From contig CAZNFR010000003.1 in the NCBI GenBank assembly GCA_964572225.1, forward strand, positions 326 through 64,325: a DNA stretch of 64,000 bases. Direction: 5' to 3'. The first letter of the stretch is position 1; every line of letters starts with the position of its first letter. The position numbers and the translations under genes are program-made. The notes beneath the pieces were generated by a model. The model searched no databases. It was not told the origin of the DNA and saw only the letters and a program-made list of their open reading frames with translations. Shown one piece after another: positions 55,402 through 64,000 of the stretch. Origin of the DNA: an uncultured Bacteroidaceae bacterium (GTDB taxonomy: Bacteria; Bacteroidota; Bacteroidia; Bacteroidales; GCA-2748055).

Positions 55402-56622
55402 CTATTCCCACTCAAGGATCTTGAAGAAATCATAATCCTCCGGATTCTTCACATATTTCTTTGCACCCCGGTAATCAGCTTTGGTAATGTAATGAAGGTT
55501 GTTCATAAAGATTAACTGTACCTTTTCATTATCTACATTTACCAATCGTGGCATTACCTTACCAGACTCATCTTCAACATCTTTCAGATAAAGAGGAGTA
55601 ACTGCACCGGTACGGTCAACCGTGGTCATACATCCGGTCTCCCCATTCTTGAATAGCTTGAAAACGCCCAGCCCAAGCCTTGTCGCATAGGCCAGATCAT
55701 AGGCAACCGGTCGACAACAACGCAGTTCATAACCCATCTCATTGGGTCTGGACTTAACCTTTATACGCAGGCTCTTCAGACTCTGCTGGGTCAGCATATT
55801 AAAAATGTGTGATTTACTAACATTTCCCAGTTCCGGATGACCATGTTCATCGTAGGTGAAATTAATGCCGGTAGCAATAATCTCTTCATCACTCATAAAA
55901 TGGAATACCCCCTCCGAAATTATAGCCACACCATAATCGATCCCAAGCAATCTCCTTTTTACCATGGAAGAAATAACCAGGTTGGTGATTTTCTCGAATG
56001 TGATTTTGGTCTTGTTGAACATTTCGGGGATGATGATCATTGGGTAATGACAGGCTGTTCCTATCCCAAAAGCCAGGTGACCCGCCTCGCGGCCCATCGC
56101 AGAAACGACAAACCAGTTTCCACTGGTGCGGGCATCCTCATAAATGGTAGTGGCAAGTCTTACCCCCTCCTCCTTGGCTGAATGGTAACCGAAGGTGGGC
56201 GTCCCTTCAGGAAGTGGAAGGTCATTGTCAATCGTTTTCGGAACATGAATATTTTTCACATCCATCTTCTCGGATGCCAGGAACTTGGTTAAGCGGTTTG
56301 CAGTAGACGCCGTATCATCCCCGCCTATGGTTACCAGAAGCTTGACGTTGTTTTTCTTGAAAAAGTCACCTTTAAACTCATCATCCTTGGGTTTGTAACG
56401 GCTCATTTTTAAGGCCGAGCCACCACGACTGTAAATCTGGTCAGCCATGTCAAAATCAAGGTATTCATAAGCAGGCTCATCGGCAAAAAGGGATTTATAC
56501 CCCCCGTTGATACCCAAAACGGTATACCCGTTTTGCAGGAAAATCTTGGTTACTGCACTAATTACCGTGTTAATCCCCGGGGCAGGCCCACCGGCACATA
56601 AAATAGCTACTGCTTCTCTCAT
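55402..56622 (-). CDS. 6-phosphofructokinase paralog, PPi-type signature
   Basis: 406 aa with VAILCAGGPAPGIN, IGGDDTAS and VPKTIDNDL. Confidence 0.8.
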   Translation of the reverse strand: MREAVAILCAGGPAPGINTVISAVTKIFLQNGYTVLGINGGYKSLFADEPAYEYLDFDMADQIYSRGGSALKMSRYKPKDDEFKGDFFKKNNVKLLVTIGGDDTASTANRLTKFLASEKMDVKNIHVPKTIDNDLPLPEGTPTFGYHSAKEEGVRLATTIYEDARTSGNWFVVSAMGREAGHLAFGIGTACHYPMIIIPEMFNKTKITFEKITNLVISSMVKRRLLGIDYGVAIISEGVFHFMSDEEIIATGINFTYDEHGHPELGNVSKSHIFNMLTQQSLKSLRIKVKSRPNEMGYELRCCRPVAYDLAYATRLGLGVFKLFKNGETGCMTTVDRTGAVTPLYLKDVEDESGKVMPRLVNVDNEKVQLIFMNNLHYITKADYRGAKKYVKNPEDYDFFKILEWE

Positions 56623-56778
56623 GGTATTGAAATTTTATTATGATGATACACTTGATGCGGAAGGGTACTGCAGGCTCAAAACATGCTCTATAACAGCATC
56701 TCCCAAAGTCTGCAAATATGTAAAATCATTTTGAGAAATCAGGTTAGAAAAATTCTAAATTACCGGATATTTATTATT

Positions 56779-56803
56779 AAATTTGCAACCCAGTCGCAAA
56801 TAT
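56779..56803. promoter_or_regulatory. Candidate Zur/Fur operator overlapping a -7 promoter box
   Basis: An imperfect inverted repeat AAATTTGCAAC-cca-GTCGCAAATAT (9 of 11 arm positions complementary) ends 1 nt before the ATG of the Fur-family gene. TAAATTTG (56778-56785) fits TAnnTTTG. Confidence 0.45.
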
Positions 56804-56804
56804 T

Positions 56805-57221
56805 ATGAATGCGTTTCATAAGATTCTTAAATCCAAAAATCTCAGCACAACCCGCGTAAGGGTAAATATGCTGAGCGTACTCAGTAGCTCAAACCTGCCC
56901 CTTTCTGAAAAAGAACTGGAAGAGGCGATGGATTATGCCTGTGACCGTGCCACCATTTATCGCAATCTCAGCAGCCTGACCGAGAAAGGAATTCTTGTCC
57001 GCCTGCTTTCGGGCGATGCTTTCAAATACAAAATGAAGGCAATCAATTCCAAAAAAGAGAAAAAACCCGATCACCTGCATTTTCAGTGTACGAAATGCAA
57101 TCGGCTCATTTGCCTTGAAGACATACCGGTGTCTGACTTTAAATTACCGGGAGGTTATATTAAAACAGAAAATCATTTTCTGGTAACAGGAATATGCAAA
57201 GATTGTAATACCCATGATTAA
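56805..57221 (+). CDS. zur: Fur family transcriptional regulator, probably Zur
   Basis: 138 aa with a winged-helix N-terminus and HLHFQCTKCNRLICL...GICKDCN metal sites. It is the first gene of the znuABC-containing operon. Confidence 0.8.
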   Translation: MNAFHKILKSKNLSTTRVRVNMLSVLSSSNLPLSEKELEEAMDYACDRATIYRNLSSLTEKGILVRLLSGDAFKYKMKAINSKKEKKPDHLHFQCTKCNRLICLEDIPVSDFKLPGGYIKTENHFLVTGICKDCNTHD

Positions 57222-57543
57222 AATCAGGTCGATTATACTGGAAAATCCAATTTCAAGGTTTATTAGAACCCTATTCAGCATGCTGTTTATTTTCCTGGTA
57301 AGGATCTATCAATATATCATTTCACCGGTTTTACCCAAAACCTGTCGTTTCACTCCCAGCTGTTCAGAGTATGCCATCGGATCCTTCAGAACCCATGGAG
57401 TGATAACCGGTTTGTTTCTATCCATTAGAAGGGTCCTGAGATGCAATCCCTGGGGAGGTCACGGACATGACCCCGTTCCTGAAAAAGGTTTTAGATTCAG
57501 TGAGTTAAAAAAAAGTTCCCATACTGCTGATACGAAAAATTAA
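57214..57543 (+). CDS. yidD: Membrane protein insertion efficiency factor YidD
   Basis: YQYIISPVLPKTCRFTPSCSEYAIGSFRTHGVITGLFLSIRRVLRCNPWGGHGHDPVP is the canonical YidD core. The ATG overlaps the zur stop (ATGATTAA). The true start could be the internal Met (MLFIFLV...). Confidence 0.8.
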   Translation: MIKIRSIILENPISRFIRTLFSMLFIFLVRIYQYIISPVLPKTCRFTPSCSEYAIGSFRTHGVITGLFLSIRRVLRCNPWGGHGHDPVPEKGFRFSELKKSSHTADTKN

Positions 57544-57555
57544 TCATCCGAGAAT

Positions 57556-58479
57556 ATGACAATTCATAAACTTCACATCCTTTTCCTGTTAACGGGTTTT
57601 GCATCACTTTCCTGTAAAAACCAGAAACCTGAAAATACCTCTCCATCTGAACCCGCGAAAGTGATTAGCGTTTCCATTCTGCCTCAGAAGTATTTCACCG
57701 AAAGAATTGCCAGCAAAGCATACAGCATCCATGTTATGATCCCACCCGGGGCTTCTCCTGCCAGTTACGACCCCTCTCCCCGACAGATGACAGCCCTGGC
57801 CTCCTCTCACCTTTATCTCAGGATTGGACGTATACAATTTGAACAGGTCTGGATGGATAGAATCCGTAACAATCAGCCATCGCTCATGATAAAGGATATA
57901 TCGGAAGGAATTGGGTTTATTGAAACGCATGAACATCACCATCATGATTCAGAAAATCACCACGGGCATTCACATGGACCGGATGATCCCCACATCTGGA
58001 TTTCACCAAAAAACGGTCTTCTGCTAGCCGAAAACACCTATCGCTTTCTGAAAGAGGCCTTCCCCTCCGACTCTGCACTATTCCGGGAGAACCATGCCCG
58101 GCTACAGGAAGAAATTCTCAACCTTATCGACAAGTATGATCAGTCTGCAGATCAACTCAAAGGACTGGAGTTTCTTATTTATCACCCTGCCTTAACCTAC
58201 CTGGCTGCAGATTATGACATGAAGCAACATGTACTCGAACAGGATGGAAAAGAACCTACGCCTTCACATATGAACAACATCATCCGCGAAGCGCGAAGCA
58301 AAAACATTCGCAGCATTTTCGTTCAGGAACAATTTAATATGGATAATGCCCGGCAGATCGCCCGTGAGATCGATGGCGAGATCATTCCCCTGGACCCACT
58401 TGATCCTGAATGGCATACACAGCTTGAAAAAATTCTCGGTATTCTCATTGAAATTTCCAGTTATGAAGCCCATACTTAA
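57556..58479 (+). CDS. znuA: Zinc ABC transporter substrate-binding lipoprotein with a His-rich loop
   Basis: The lipobox is ASLSC. It has a cluster-9 SBP fold and the loop HEHHHHDSENHHGHSHGPDDPH, followed by HIW. Confidence 0.88.
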   Translation: MTIHKLHILFLLTGFASLSCKNQKPENTSPSEPAKVISVSILPQKYFTERIASKAYSIHVMIPPGASPASYDPSPRQMTALASSHLYLRIGRIQFEQVWMDRIRNNQPSLMIKDISEGIGFIETHEHHHHDSENHHGHSHGPDDPHIWISPKNGLLLAENTYRFLKEAFPSDSALFRENHARLQEEILNLIDKYDQSADQLKGLEFLIYHPALTYLAADYDMKQHVLEQDGKEPTPSHMNNIIREARSKNIRSIFVQEQFNMDNARQIAREIDGEIIPLDPLDPEWHTQLEKILGILIEISSYEAHT

Positions 58480-59221
58480 ATTAACCAATGTTACGGCAGG
58501 CTATGATGGTCAGCCGGTTCTGGAAAATGTAAACCTTGAAGTCTGCCGGGAAGACTTCATTGGTATCATTGGTCCAAACGGAGGAGGGAAAACCACTCTT
58601 CTCAAAGTGATCCTCGGTATGATAAATCCGACGAAGGGGGAAGTGAGTTATGATTTTGGAAACGGAAACCCGGATTTCCGGAAATTTACAGGATATCTTC
58701 CCCAGCTGCATGAGTCGGACAGAAACTTTCCTATTTCGGTAAAAGAGGTGATCCTCTCGGGTTTAACCTCCGGTAAAGGCTTGTTTGGAAGATTCAGGAA
58801 AGAGGATCTTGAAAAGGTTCATAAAACAGCCACAGAACTGGGTCTCTCCGAAAAGCTTAATACTCCTGTCTCCGAATTGTCGGGCGGACAACTCCAGCGG
58901 ACCTTCCTGGGGCGGGCCATCATCTCAGATCCGGCCCTTATTATCCTTGACGAACCGGAAACCCATGTGGATAACCGATTCGAATACGAATTATACGAAA
59001 AACTCAAAGAATACAATAAACACATGGCTATACTGCTGGTATCTCACGATGTGGGGACCATTTCAAGCTATATAAAAACCATAGCCTGTGTAAACAAAAA
59101 CCTGCATTACCATCCTTCAAATTCCATCTCATCAGAGCAGCTTAAGGTATACAACTGCCCCATCGATATCATAACACACGGAAAAGTTCCACACCGTGTG
59201 CTTCACGAACATAAGCATTAA
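58463..59221 (+). CDS. znuC: Zinc ABC transporter ATP-binding protein
   Basis: The start was moved to the ATG at 58463, giving MKPILKLTNVTAGYDG. It has Walker A GPNGGGKTT, the signature LSGGQLQR and Walker B LIILDEP. It overlaps znuA by 17 nt. Confidence 0.9.
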   Translation: MKPILKLTNVTAGYDGQPVLENVNLEVCREDFIGIIGPNGGGKTTLLKVILGMINPTKGEVSYDFGNGNPDFRKFTGYLPQLHESDRNFPISVKEVILSGLTSGKGLFGRFRKEDLEKVHKTATELGLSEKLNTPVSELSGGQLQRTFLGRAIISDPALIILDEPETHVDNRFEYELYEKLKEYNKHMAILLVSHDVGTISSYIKTIACVNKNLHYHPSNSISSEQLKVYNCPIDIITHGKVPHRVLHEHKH

Positions 59222-59223
59222 TT

Positions 59224-60054
59224 ATGGCAGATCTTTTAAACTATCAGTACTTCACCAATGCACTTTTTGCAGCCCTTTTCAGTTCGCTGAGCTGTGGCAT
59301 CATCGGTTCCTGGGTGGTGAGCAAAAGGCTGGTTTTTATCAGCGGTGGCATTACCCATGCTTCTTTTGGCGGGATTGGAATTGCGTATTTCCTGGGACTA
59401 AACCCCATAGGCGGAGCAGCGGTTTTTGCTGTTCTCTCTGGTCTGGCAGTCGAGAAATTCTCCGACAGGAAAAGGCTCTCCAACGATTCCATGATCGCTA
59501 TCCTGTGGTCGCTCGGAATGGCAGTCGGTATTATTTTCATTTATCTGACGCCCGGCTATGCCCCCAATCTGATGACTTATCTATTTGGCAGCATCCTTAC
59601 CGTGAATGGTCAGGATCTCTTGTTACTCGCCTTTCTCTCCGGGATAATTATCCTCTTTTTTCTGTTCTTTTTTCGTAAGATCCTGTATATATCCTTCGAT
59701 GAAGAGTATGCCCGATCCCAGAAGATTAACATTCCCTTCATCAATTATACCCTGATGATTCTGGTTTCCCTTAGTATTGTATTTAACATAAAAGTTGTGG
59801 GTATTATTCTGCTTATTTCCCTGCTAACCCTTCCCCAGAATACCGCTTTGCTATTCACCCACAATTTTAAAAAGATGGTCATTCTGTCTGTTATCTTTGC
59901 CCTGGCGGGATCTTTGGCCGGACTTATGATCTCCTTTACCATGGATATCCCCAGTGGGGCAAGTATTATTGTCACACTTACTTTTATATACTTGTTTATC
60001 AGGGTATTAAAGATGGAACTCCCAAGGAAAATTTTCAGGAATCGCATTGCTTAA
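59224..60054 (+). CDS. znuB: Zinc ABC transporter permease (ABC-3 family)
   Basis: 276 aa with about 8 TM helices and ABC-3 type permease topology. It starts immediately after znuC. Confidence 0.85.
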   Translation: MADLLNYQYFTNALFAALFSSLSCGIIGSWVVSKRLVFISGGITHASFGGIGIAYFLGLNPIGGAAVFAVLSGLAVEKFSDRKRLSNDSMIAILWSLGMAVGIIFIYLTPGYAPNLMTYLFGSILTVNGQDLLLLAFLSGIIILFFLFFFRKILYISFDEEYARSQKINIPFINYTLMILVSLSIVFNIKVVGIILLISLLTLPQNTALLFTHNFKKMVILSVIFALAGSLAGLMISFTMDIPSGASIIVTLTFIYLFIRVLKMELPRKIFRNRIA

Positions 60055-60123
60055 GCCTTTTTGAATGGGCCCCATCCCATAAATTATACTAACTTTGGGG
60101 CTTGAAAAAGTAATACAACGCGT

Positions 60124-60939
60124 ATGGATCACAGGCAAATAATTGAAGAAGCATGGGAAAAAAGGGACAGGCTTTCCAGCGACGAAGTAAAGAAAGCCAT
60201 CCGGGAAACCATTGAACTCCTCGACAAGGGAAGACTCAGAGTTGCAGAACCGGACGATAAGGGTGAATGGTCAGTAAATCAGTGGGTTAAAAAAGCTGTG
60301 ATCCTATATTTCCCCATCCAGGAGATGGAAGTCCTTGAAGCAGGTCCCCTCGAGTTCCATGATAAAATTCCCTTGAAGAAAAATTACCGCGAGCTTGGGG
60401 TTCGGGTTGTGCCACACGCCGTTGCACGATATGGCGCTTATATTTCGGAGGGTGTGATCATGATGCCTTCCTATGTGAATATTGGTGCTTATGTGGATGG
60501 TGGAAGCATGGTCGACACCTGGGCTACGGTAGGTTCCTGTGCCCAGATCGGCAAAAACGTGCATCTTAGCGGGGGTGTGGGAATTGGAGGTGTACTTGAG
60601 CCTGTTCAGGCATCCCCGGTAATAATTGAAGACAATTGTTTTATAGGCTCACGCTGCATCATAGTGGAAGGTGCGAAAATTGAAAAGGAGGCTGTACTGG
60701 GCGCAAATGTGGTCATTACCGGGTCAACCAAAATAATTGACGTGACTGGTCCACAGTTCCGGGAATACAAAGGAAGGGTCCCTTCAAGATCGGTAGTTAT
60801 TCCCGGAAGCTACACCAAAAAATTTCCCGCAGGGGAATACCAGGTACCCTGTGCCCTGATCATTGGCCAGAGAAAGGAATCGACCGACCTGAAAACATCC
60901 CTCAACAATGCACTCAGAGACTTTAATGTGGCTGTATAG
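60124..60939 (+). CDS. dapD: 2,3,4,5-tetrahydropyridine-2,6-dicarboxylate N-succinyltransferase
   Basis: 271 aa with an N-terminal helical domain and hexapeptide repeats (GAYVDGGSMVDTWATVGSCAQIGKNVHLSGGVGIGG). Confidence 0.88.
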   Translation: MDHRQIIEEAWEKRDRLSSDEVKKAIRETIELLDKGRLRVAEPDDKGEWSVNQWVKKAVILYFPIQEMEVLEAGPLEFHDKIPLKKNYRELGVRVVPHAVARYGAYISEGVIMMPSYVNIGAYVDGGSMVDTWATVGSCAQIGKNVHLSGGVGIGGVLEPVQASPVIIEDNCFIGSRCIIVEGAKIEKEAVLGANVVITGSTKIIDVTGPQFREYKGRVPSRSVVIPGSYTKKFPAGEYQVPCALIIGQRKESTDLKTSLNNALRDFNVAV

Positions 60940-60963
60940 GCGGAAAATATAAAAATCGGATCC

Positions 60964-62085
60964 GTGAAAATAGCATTCGACGCAAAAAGAGCATTCAGGA
61001 ATTTCAGCGGACTGGGAAACTATAGTCGCACCACCATTAAACTCCTGAGTGAATTTTTCCCGGAACATGAATACCCCCTTTTTACCCCCGGTAAATCGGG
61101 CGATCCGCTCCTGTTCGATGGATTCCCACCTTCCGGCTGCCCCGTAATTTATCCTTCCGGAATTTATTCACGTTTTGGTTCGCTTTGGCGGATTTCCGGC
61201 ATTGCAAGGGATATCAGGACTGTCAGACCCGATATTTTCCACGGACTCAGTAATGAACTCCCCCGTTCCCTAAGAAAGTTCCCCGTGCGCAAGGTACTCA
61301 CCGTCCATGACCTGATCTTCCTCCGTTACCCCGAGTTGTATCCCTTTATAGACCGGCAAATATACCGGGCCAAAACCGAATACAGCCTGAAAATGGCCGA
61401 CCGCATCATTGCGATCAGCGAGCAGACTAAGGACGATATTCGCCGGTTTTTCCACATCGAGAAAGAAAAAATTAGCGTGGTATATCAATCAGGCGATCCC
61501 GCTTATTCCGAAGTCCTTTCAGAAGAAAAGAAAAAAGTCTTGAAGGAAAAGTATAACCTGCCCTCCGAATATCTGCTCTACGTAGGAACCATAGAGGAAA
61601 GGAAAAATCTTCTCCGCCTTCTCATCGCAAAAAGAAAGGGGAACCTGGAAATCCCTCTTTTCATCGTCGGAAAGGAAAAAAACTATGCAAAAAAGGTCTT
61701 TTCCTATATCCGGGAGAACCAAATGAAGGATGTCGTTCACCTAAAAGACGTATCCTCTGCCGACCTTCCCGGGCTCTACCAGCTTGCTTCAATCTTCATT
61801 TACCCTTCGTCTTTTGAAGGATTCGGACTTCCGGTGCTGGAGGCAATACAATCGGGAACTCCCGTAATTGCCGGGAAAGGCAGTTGCCTGGAGGAAACCG
61901 GCGGACCTCATTCGGTGTATATTGATCCTTTCAATACCGAGGAATTTATTTATGCCCTGAAAACGATTCTGGAAAACAATTCCCTGCGAAATAAAATGCG
62001 GGAGGAAGGCCTGAAATTCAGCCGGAATTTTCTCCCTGAGGTGAGTGTTCGTAATTTAATGAAGGTATATGAATCCCTACTCTGA
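60964..62085 (+). CDS. Glycosyltransferase family 4 (GT-B, group 1)
   Basis: 373 aa with a GTG start and the C-terminal motif YPSSFEGFGLPVLEAIQSGTPVI. Confidence 0.8.
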   Translation: MKIAFDAKRAFRNFSGLGNYSRTTIKLLSEFFPEHEYPLFTPGKSGDPLLFDGFPPSGCPVIYPSGIYSRFGSLWRISGIARDIRTVRPDIFHGLSNELPRSLRKFPVRKVLTVHDLIFLRYPELYPFIDRQIYRAKTEYSLKMADRIIAISEQTKDDIRRFFHIEKEKISVVYQSGDPAYSEVLSEEKKKVLKEKYNLPSEYLLYVGTIEERKNLLRLLIAKRKGNLEIPLFIVGKEKNYAKKVFSYIRENQMKDVVHLKDVSSADLPGLYQLASIFIYPSSFEGFGLPVLEAIQSGTPVIAGKGSCLEETGGPHSVYIDPFNTEEFIYALKTILENNSLRNKMREEGLKFSRNFLPEVSVRNLMKVYESLL

Positions 62086-62653
62086 ATATCGTAAGGAGGA
62101 CCTCGAACAGGCAGTCGGGATTCTCAGACAGGGTGGGGTTATTCTCTATCCCACCGATACTATCTGGGGACTGGGCTGCGATGCCACCAATCCTGAAGCG
62201 GTTGAACGGGTCTACAAAATCAAAAAACGCCACGACAGCCTGGCCATGCTGGTTCTGCTCGACAGCGAAAACCGGCTCAATACCTACGTTCAGGAGATAC
62301 CCGATATTGCCTGGGAACTGATAGAGGTGAGCGATAAATCGCTTACCCTGATCTATCCTGGGGCCAGGAACCTGGCATCCAACCTCTTGCCCCCCGATGA
62401 CAGCATAGGGATAAGGATAACCCGCGAGATCTTCAGCCGTGATATGATCCGCAAATTCGGCAAAGCCGTGGTTTCCACCTCCGCCAACCTTTCGGGGAGC
62501 CCCTCACCGGCCAGCTTCGACGAAATTGACGAAGAAATCAGGAAGCAGGTAGATTACATTGTGAAATTCAGGCAGGAGGACCGGGAAAGGAAAAAAGCCT
62601 CATCCATCATAAAAGTGGGGATCTCAGGCGAAATAGAGATCATCAGGCCATAA
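62069..62653 (+). CDS. tsaC: L-threonylcarbamoyladenylate synthase (TsaC/YrdC family)
   Basis: 194 aa with ILYPTDTIWGLGCDATN...SIGIRIT...STSANLSG. Confidence 0.88.
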   Translation: MNPYSEYRKEDLEQAVGILRQGGVILYPTDTIWGLGCDATNPEAVERVYKIKKRHDSLAMLVLLDSENRLNTYVQEIPDIAWELIEVSDKSLTLIYPGARNLASNLLPPDDSIGIRITREIFSRDMIRKFGKAVVSTSANLSGSPSPASFDEIDEEIRKQVDYIVKFRQEDRERKKASSIIKVGISGEIEIIRP

Positions 62654-62689
62654 AAAAAAGGGGCTGAAGGGTCTGACTCCCCGAAAGGC

Positions 62690-63412
62690 TTATTCCATTG
62701 ATTTCACAGAACCACTTCCGGCAATAGATGAGTTGATTTCCGGATTTCCCCGGTAATATACCGATCCGGTTCCGGCAATGGAAATGCTCAGCTCCTCTGT
62801 GACATGGACTTTACAGCTTCCGGAACCGCTTATCTTGCCTTCAAATTCGGACAGCTTAAAATTCTCAGCGTTCAGATCGCCACTGCCTGCGATGGATATT
62901 TCCAGTTCTTCTGCACCCTGACCGGCAAGGTATACATTCCCTGAACCGGCAACCTTAATTTCTACCTCTTCGGCAGAAAGATCTTCAAATTTCATGTCCC
63001 CGCTACCGGCCAGCTTCAGGGTGAGCTCTTCTGAGTCAATTTTTTTCTCAGCGATGACGTCTCCCGATCCCGAGAGACTTACCAGTTCATACGTCGGAGA
63101 AACAATGTAAATTGTGATCTTACCATTGAGGTTGTCGCCGTACTTGGCAGGTTTGATTTCAAGATAGCCATCCTCCACAGATACTTCAATCTTATCCAGG
63201 GTGGAAGGATCTGCATCTATCCTGAGACTGTGCTGACTTCCCTGTTCCAGGTAAACCGTCGCAGGTACCGCTATTTTCACTCCCGAGAATGCATCCACGG
63301 GTATATCTTCATTTATTTTGGTGGGAGCAGAATTGACGATTCCATTCACTCCGGCAAATACAAAAAAAGCAAGGGTCAGAATGGCGGTTAAAATAATTTT
63401 TGGGTTTCTCAT
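62690..63412 (-). CDS. DUF2807 / head GIN domain protein (beta-helical, exported)
   Basis: It has a signal peptide and repeated (A/S)GSG(D/N/S) turns, as in LSGSGDV, LAGSGDM, VAGSGNV, IAGSGDL, ISGSGSC, IAGTGSV and IAGSGSV. Confidence 0.75.
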   Translation of the reverse strand: MRNPKIILTAILTLAFFVFAGVNGIVNSAPTKINEDIPVDAFSGVKIAVPATVYLEQGSQHSLRIDADPSTLDKIEVSVEDGYLEIKPAKYGDNLNGKITIYIVSPTYELVSLSGSGDVIAEKKIDSEELTLKLAGSGDMKFEDLSAEEVEIKVAGSGNVYLAGQGAEELEISIAGSGDLNAENFKLSEFEGKISGSGSCKVHVTEELSISIAGTGSVYYRGNPEINSSIAGSGSVKSME

Positions 63413-63516
63413 AGCAAATGGTATTAAAATTTCCTTAAAGACGTTCGAAAATTATTGCTGTTGCATATTACGGAATAAATTTCAAACTTGCCCTGCAATT
63501 ATTTATTTTACCCGCA

Positions 63517-63957
63517 ATGGATTACCTGCATCGCACTGATATACAGATCAGATTTAACGATATCGACCGTTTGGGACACGTATACAATGGCATATTCTCC
63601 CACTATTTCGATCTTGCCAGAATGGAATATTTCCGGGAGGTCTTTGGAAAAGAACCCGACTGGAAAAAATTTGCCATGGTAATGGCCTCCCTGAATATGG
63701 ATTTTAAAACTCCGGTTTACCCCGGCGAGCAGATATCGGTCCTTTCAAAAACCGAGTTAATAGGAGACAAAAGCCTGACCATGGTACAGGAAGTGGTAAG
63801 CTTACCGGGATTCACAACCCGGGTATTCGGCCGATCCGTTATGGTCGGATACTCCCCGGAAGAAAAAGTCTCTGTGGTAATCCCCGATGAGATCAGGAAA
63901 AAAATTCTGGGATTCGAAAAAAATGTAAGAATCAAAAGTCTGAAGGATCAGTCCTGA
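63517..63957 (+). CDS. Acyl-CoA thioesterase (4HBT/YbgC-like hotdog fold)
   Basis: 146 aa. IQIRFNDIDRLGHVYNGIFSHYFDLAR is a typical 4HBT N-terminus with the catalytic Asp. Confidence 0.75.
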   Translation: MDYLHRTDIQIRFNDIDRLGHVYNGIFSHYFDLARMEYFREVFGKEPDWKKFAMVMASLNMDFKTPVYPGEQISVLSKTELIGDKSLTMVQEVVSLPGFTTRVFGRSVMVGYSPEEKVSVVIPDEIRKKILGFEKNVRIKSLKDQS

Positions 63958-64000
63958 TCAAAAATACCTTCCGGAAACCTGAAAGTCAGACGCTTTTTCT

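Noticed and set aside
62654-62689. A GGGG...CCCC element followed (on the minus strand) by T8, between tsaC and the DUF2807 gene. It was considered as a terminator.
   Set aside because: Only a 4-bp stem with a 15-nt loop can be drawn, which is too weak to report as a feature, although the T-run is suggestive.
1-64000. A search of the whole window for CRISPR arrays, transposases, integrases, phage genes, toxin-antitoxin pairs, restriction-modification genes or other defence genes.
   Set aside because: No direct-repeat/spacer array, IS-like inverted repeats or recognisable mobile or defence protein motifs were seen in any frame. The window looks like conserved core chromosome.

Overview
This is a chromosomal window from a Bacteroidota-like genome. 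Supporting signs are a T9SS C-terminal sorting domain, TTG/TAnnTTTG-type promoter boxes, a eukaryote-like GT3/GH13 glycogen gene set and PPi-dependent glycolysis genes. It is densely coded, with about 55 supportable CDS. Most are housekeeping: rplU-rpmA, serS, ruvC, greA, ahcY, ribF, lpxH, comM, hppA, gmhA, mutL, dapD, tsaC and a zur-znuABC operon. I found no rRNA, complete tRNA, CRISPR array, transposase, integrase, phage gene or recognisable defence system. The window therefore looks like core genome, not an accessory island. Six regions stand out. (1) An operon at 48733-51528 encodes a periplasmic TlpA-type thioredoxin, an outer-membrane beta-barrel, and a CxxC thioredoxin-fold protein carrying a T9SS secretion tail. 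This may be a thiol-redox relay reaching the cell surface. (2) At 34820-37661, an ankyrin-repeat PPP-type phosphatase and a CotH-like (atypical kinase fold) protein sit adjacent, and both have signal peptides. (3) A single 1421-aa protein (17075-21340) fuses a GT3 glycogen synthase to a GT35 alpha-glucan phosphorylase. It lies inside a glycogen operon that has a second synthase candidate and no glgC in the window. (4) A dihydroorotate-dehydrogenase-like protein lacks its catalytic Cys and is followed by an uncharacterised protein (51595-53302). (5) Two redox folds have lost canonical residues: a Rieske-like lipoprotein with both His ligands replaced, and a TlpA-like protein with CxxC changed to SxxS. 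(6) A Zur operon has yidD embedded in it and a palindromic operator candidate upstream. All functional calls come from reading motifs in the translations. No database search was run.
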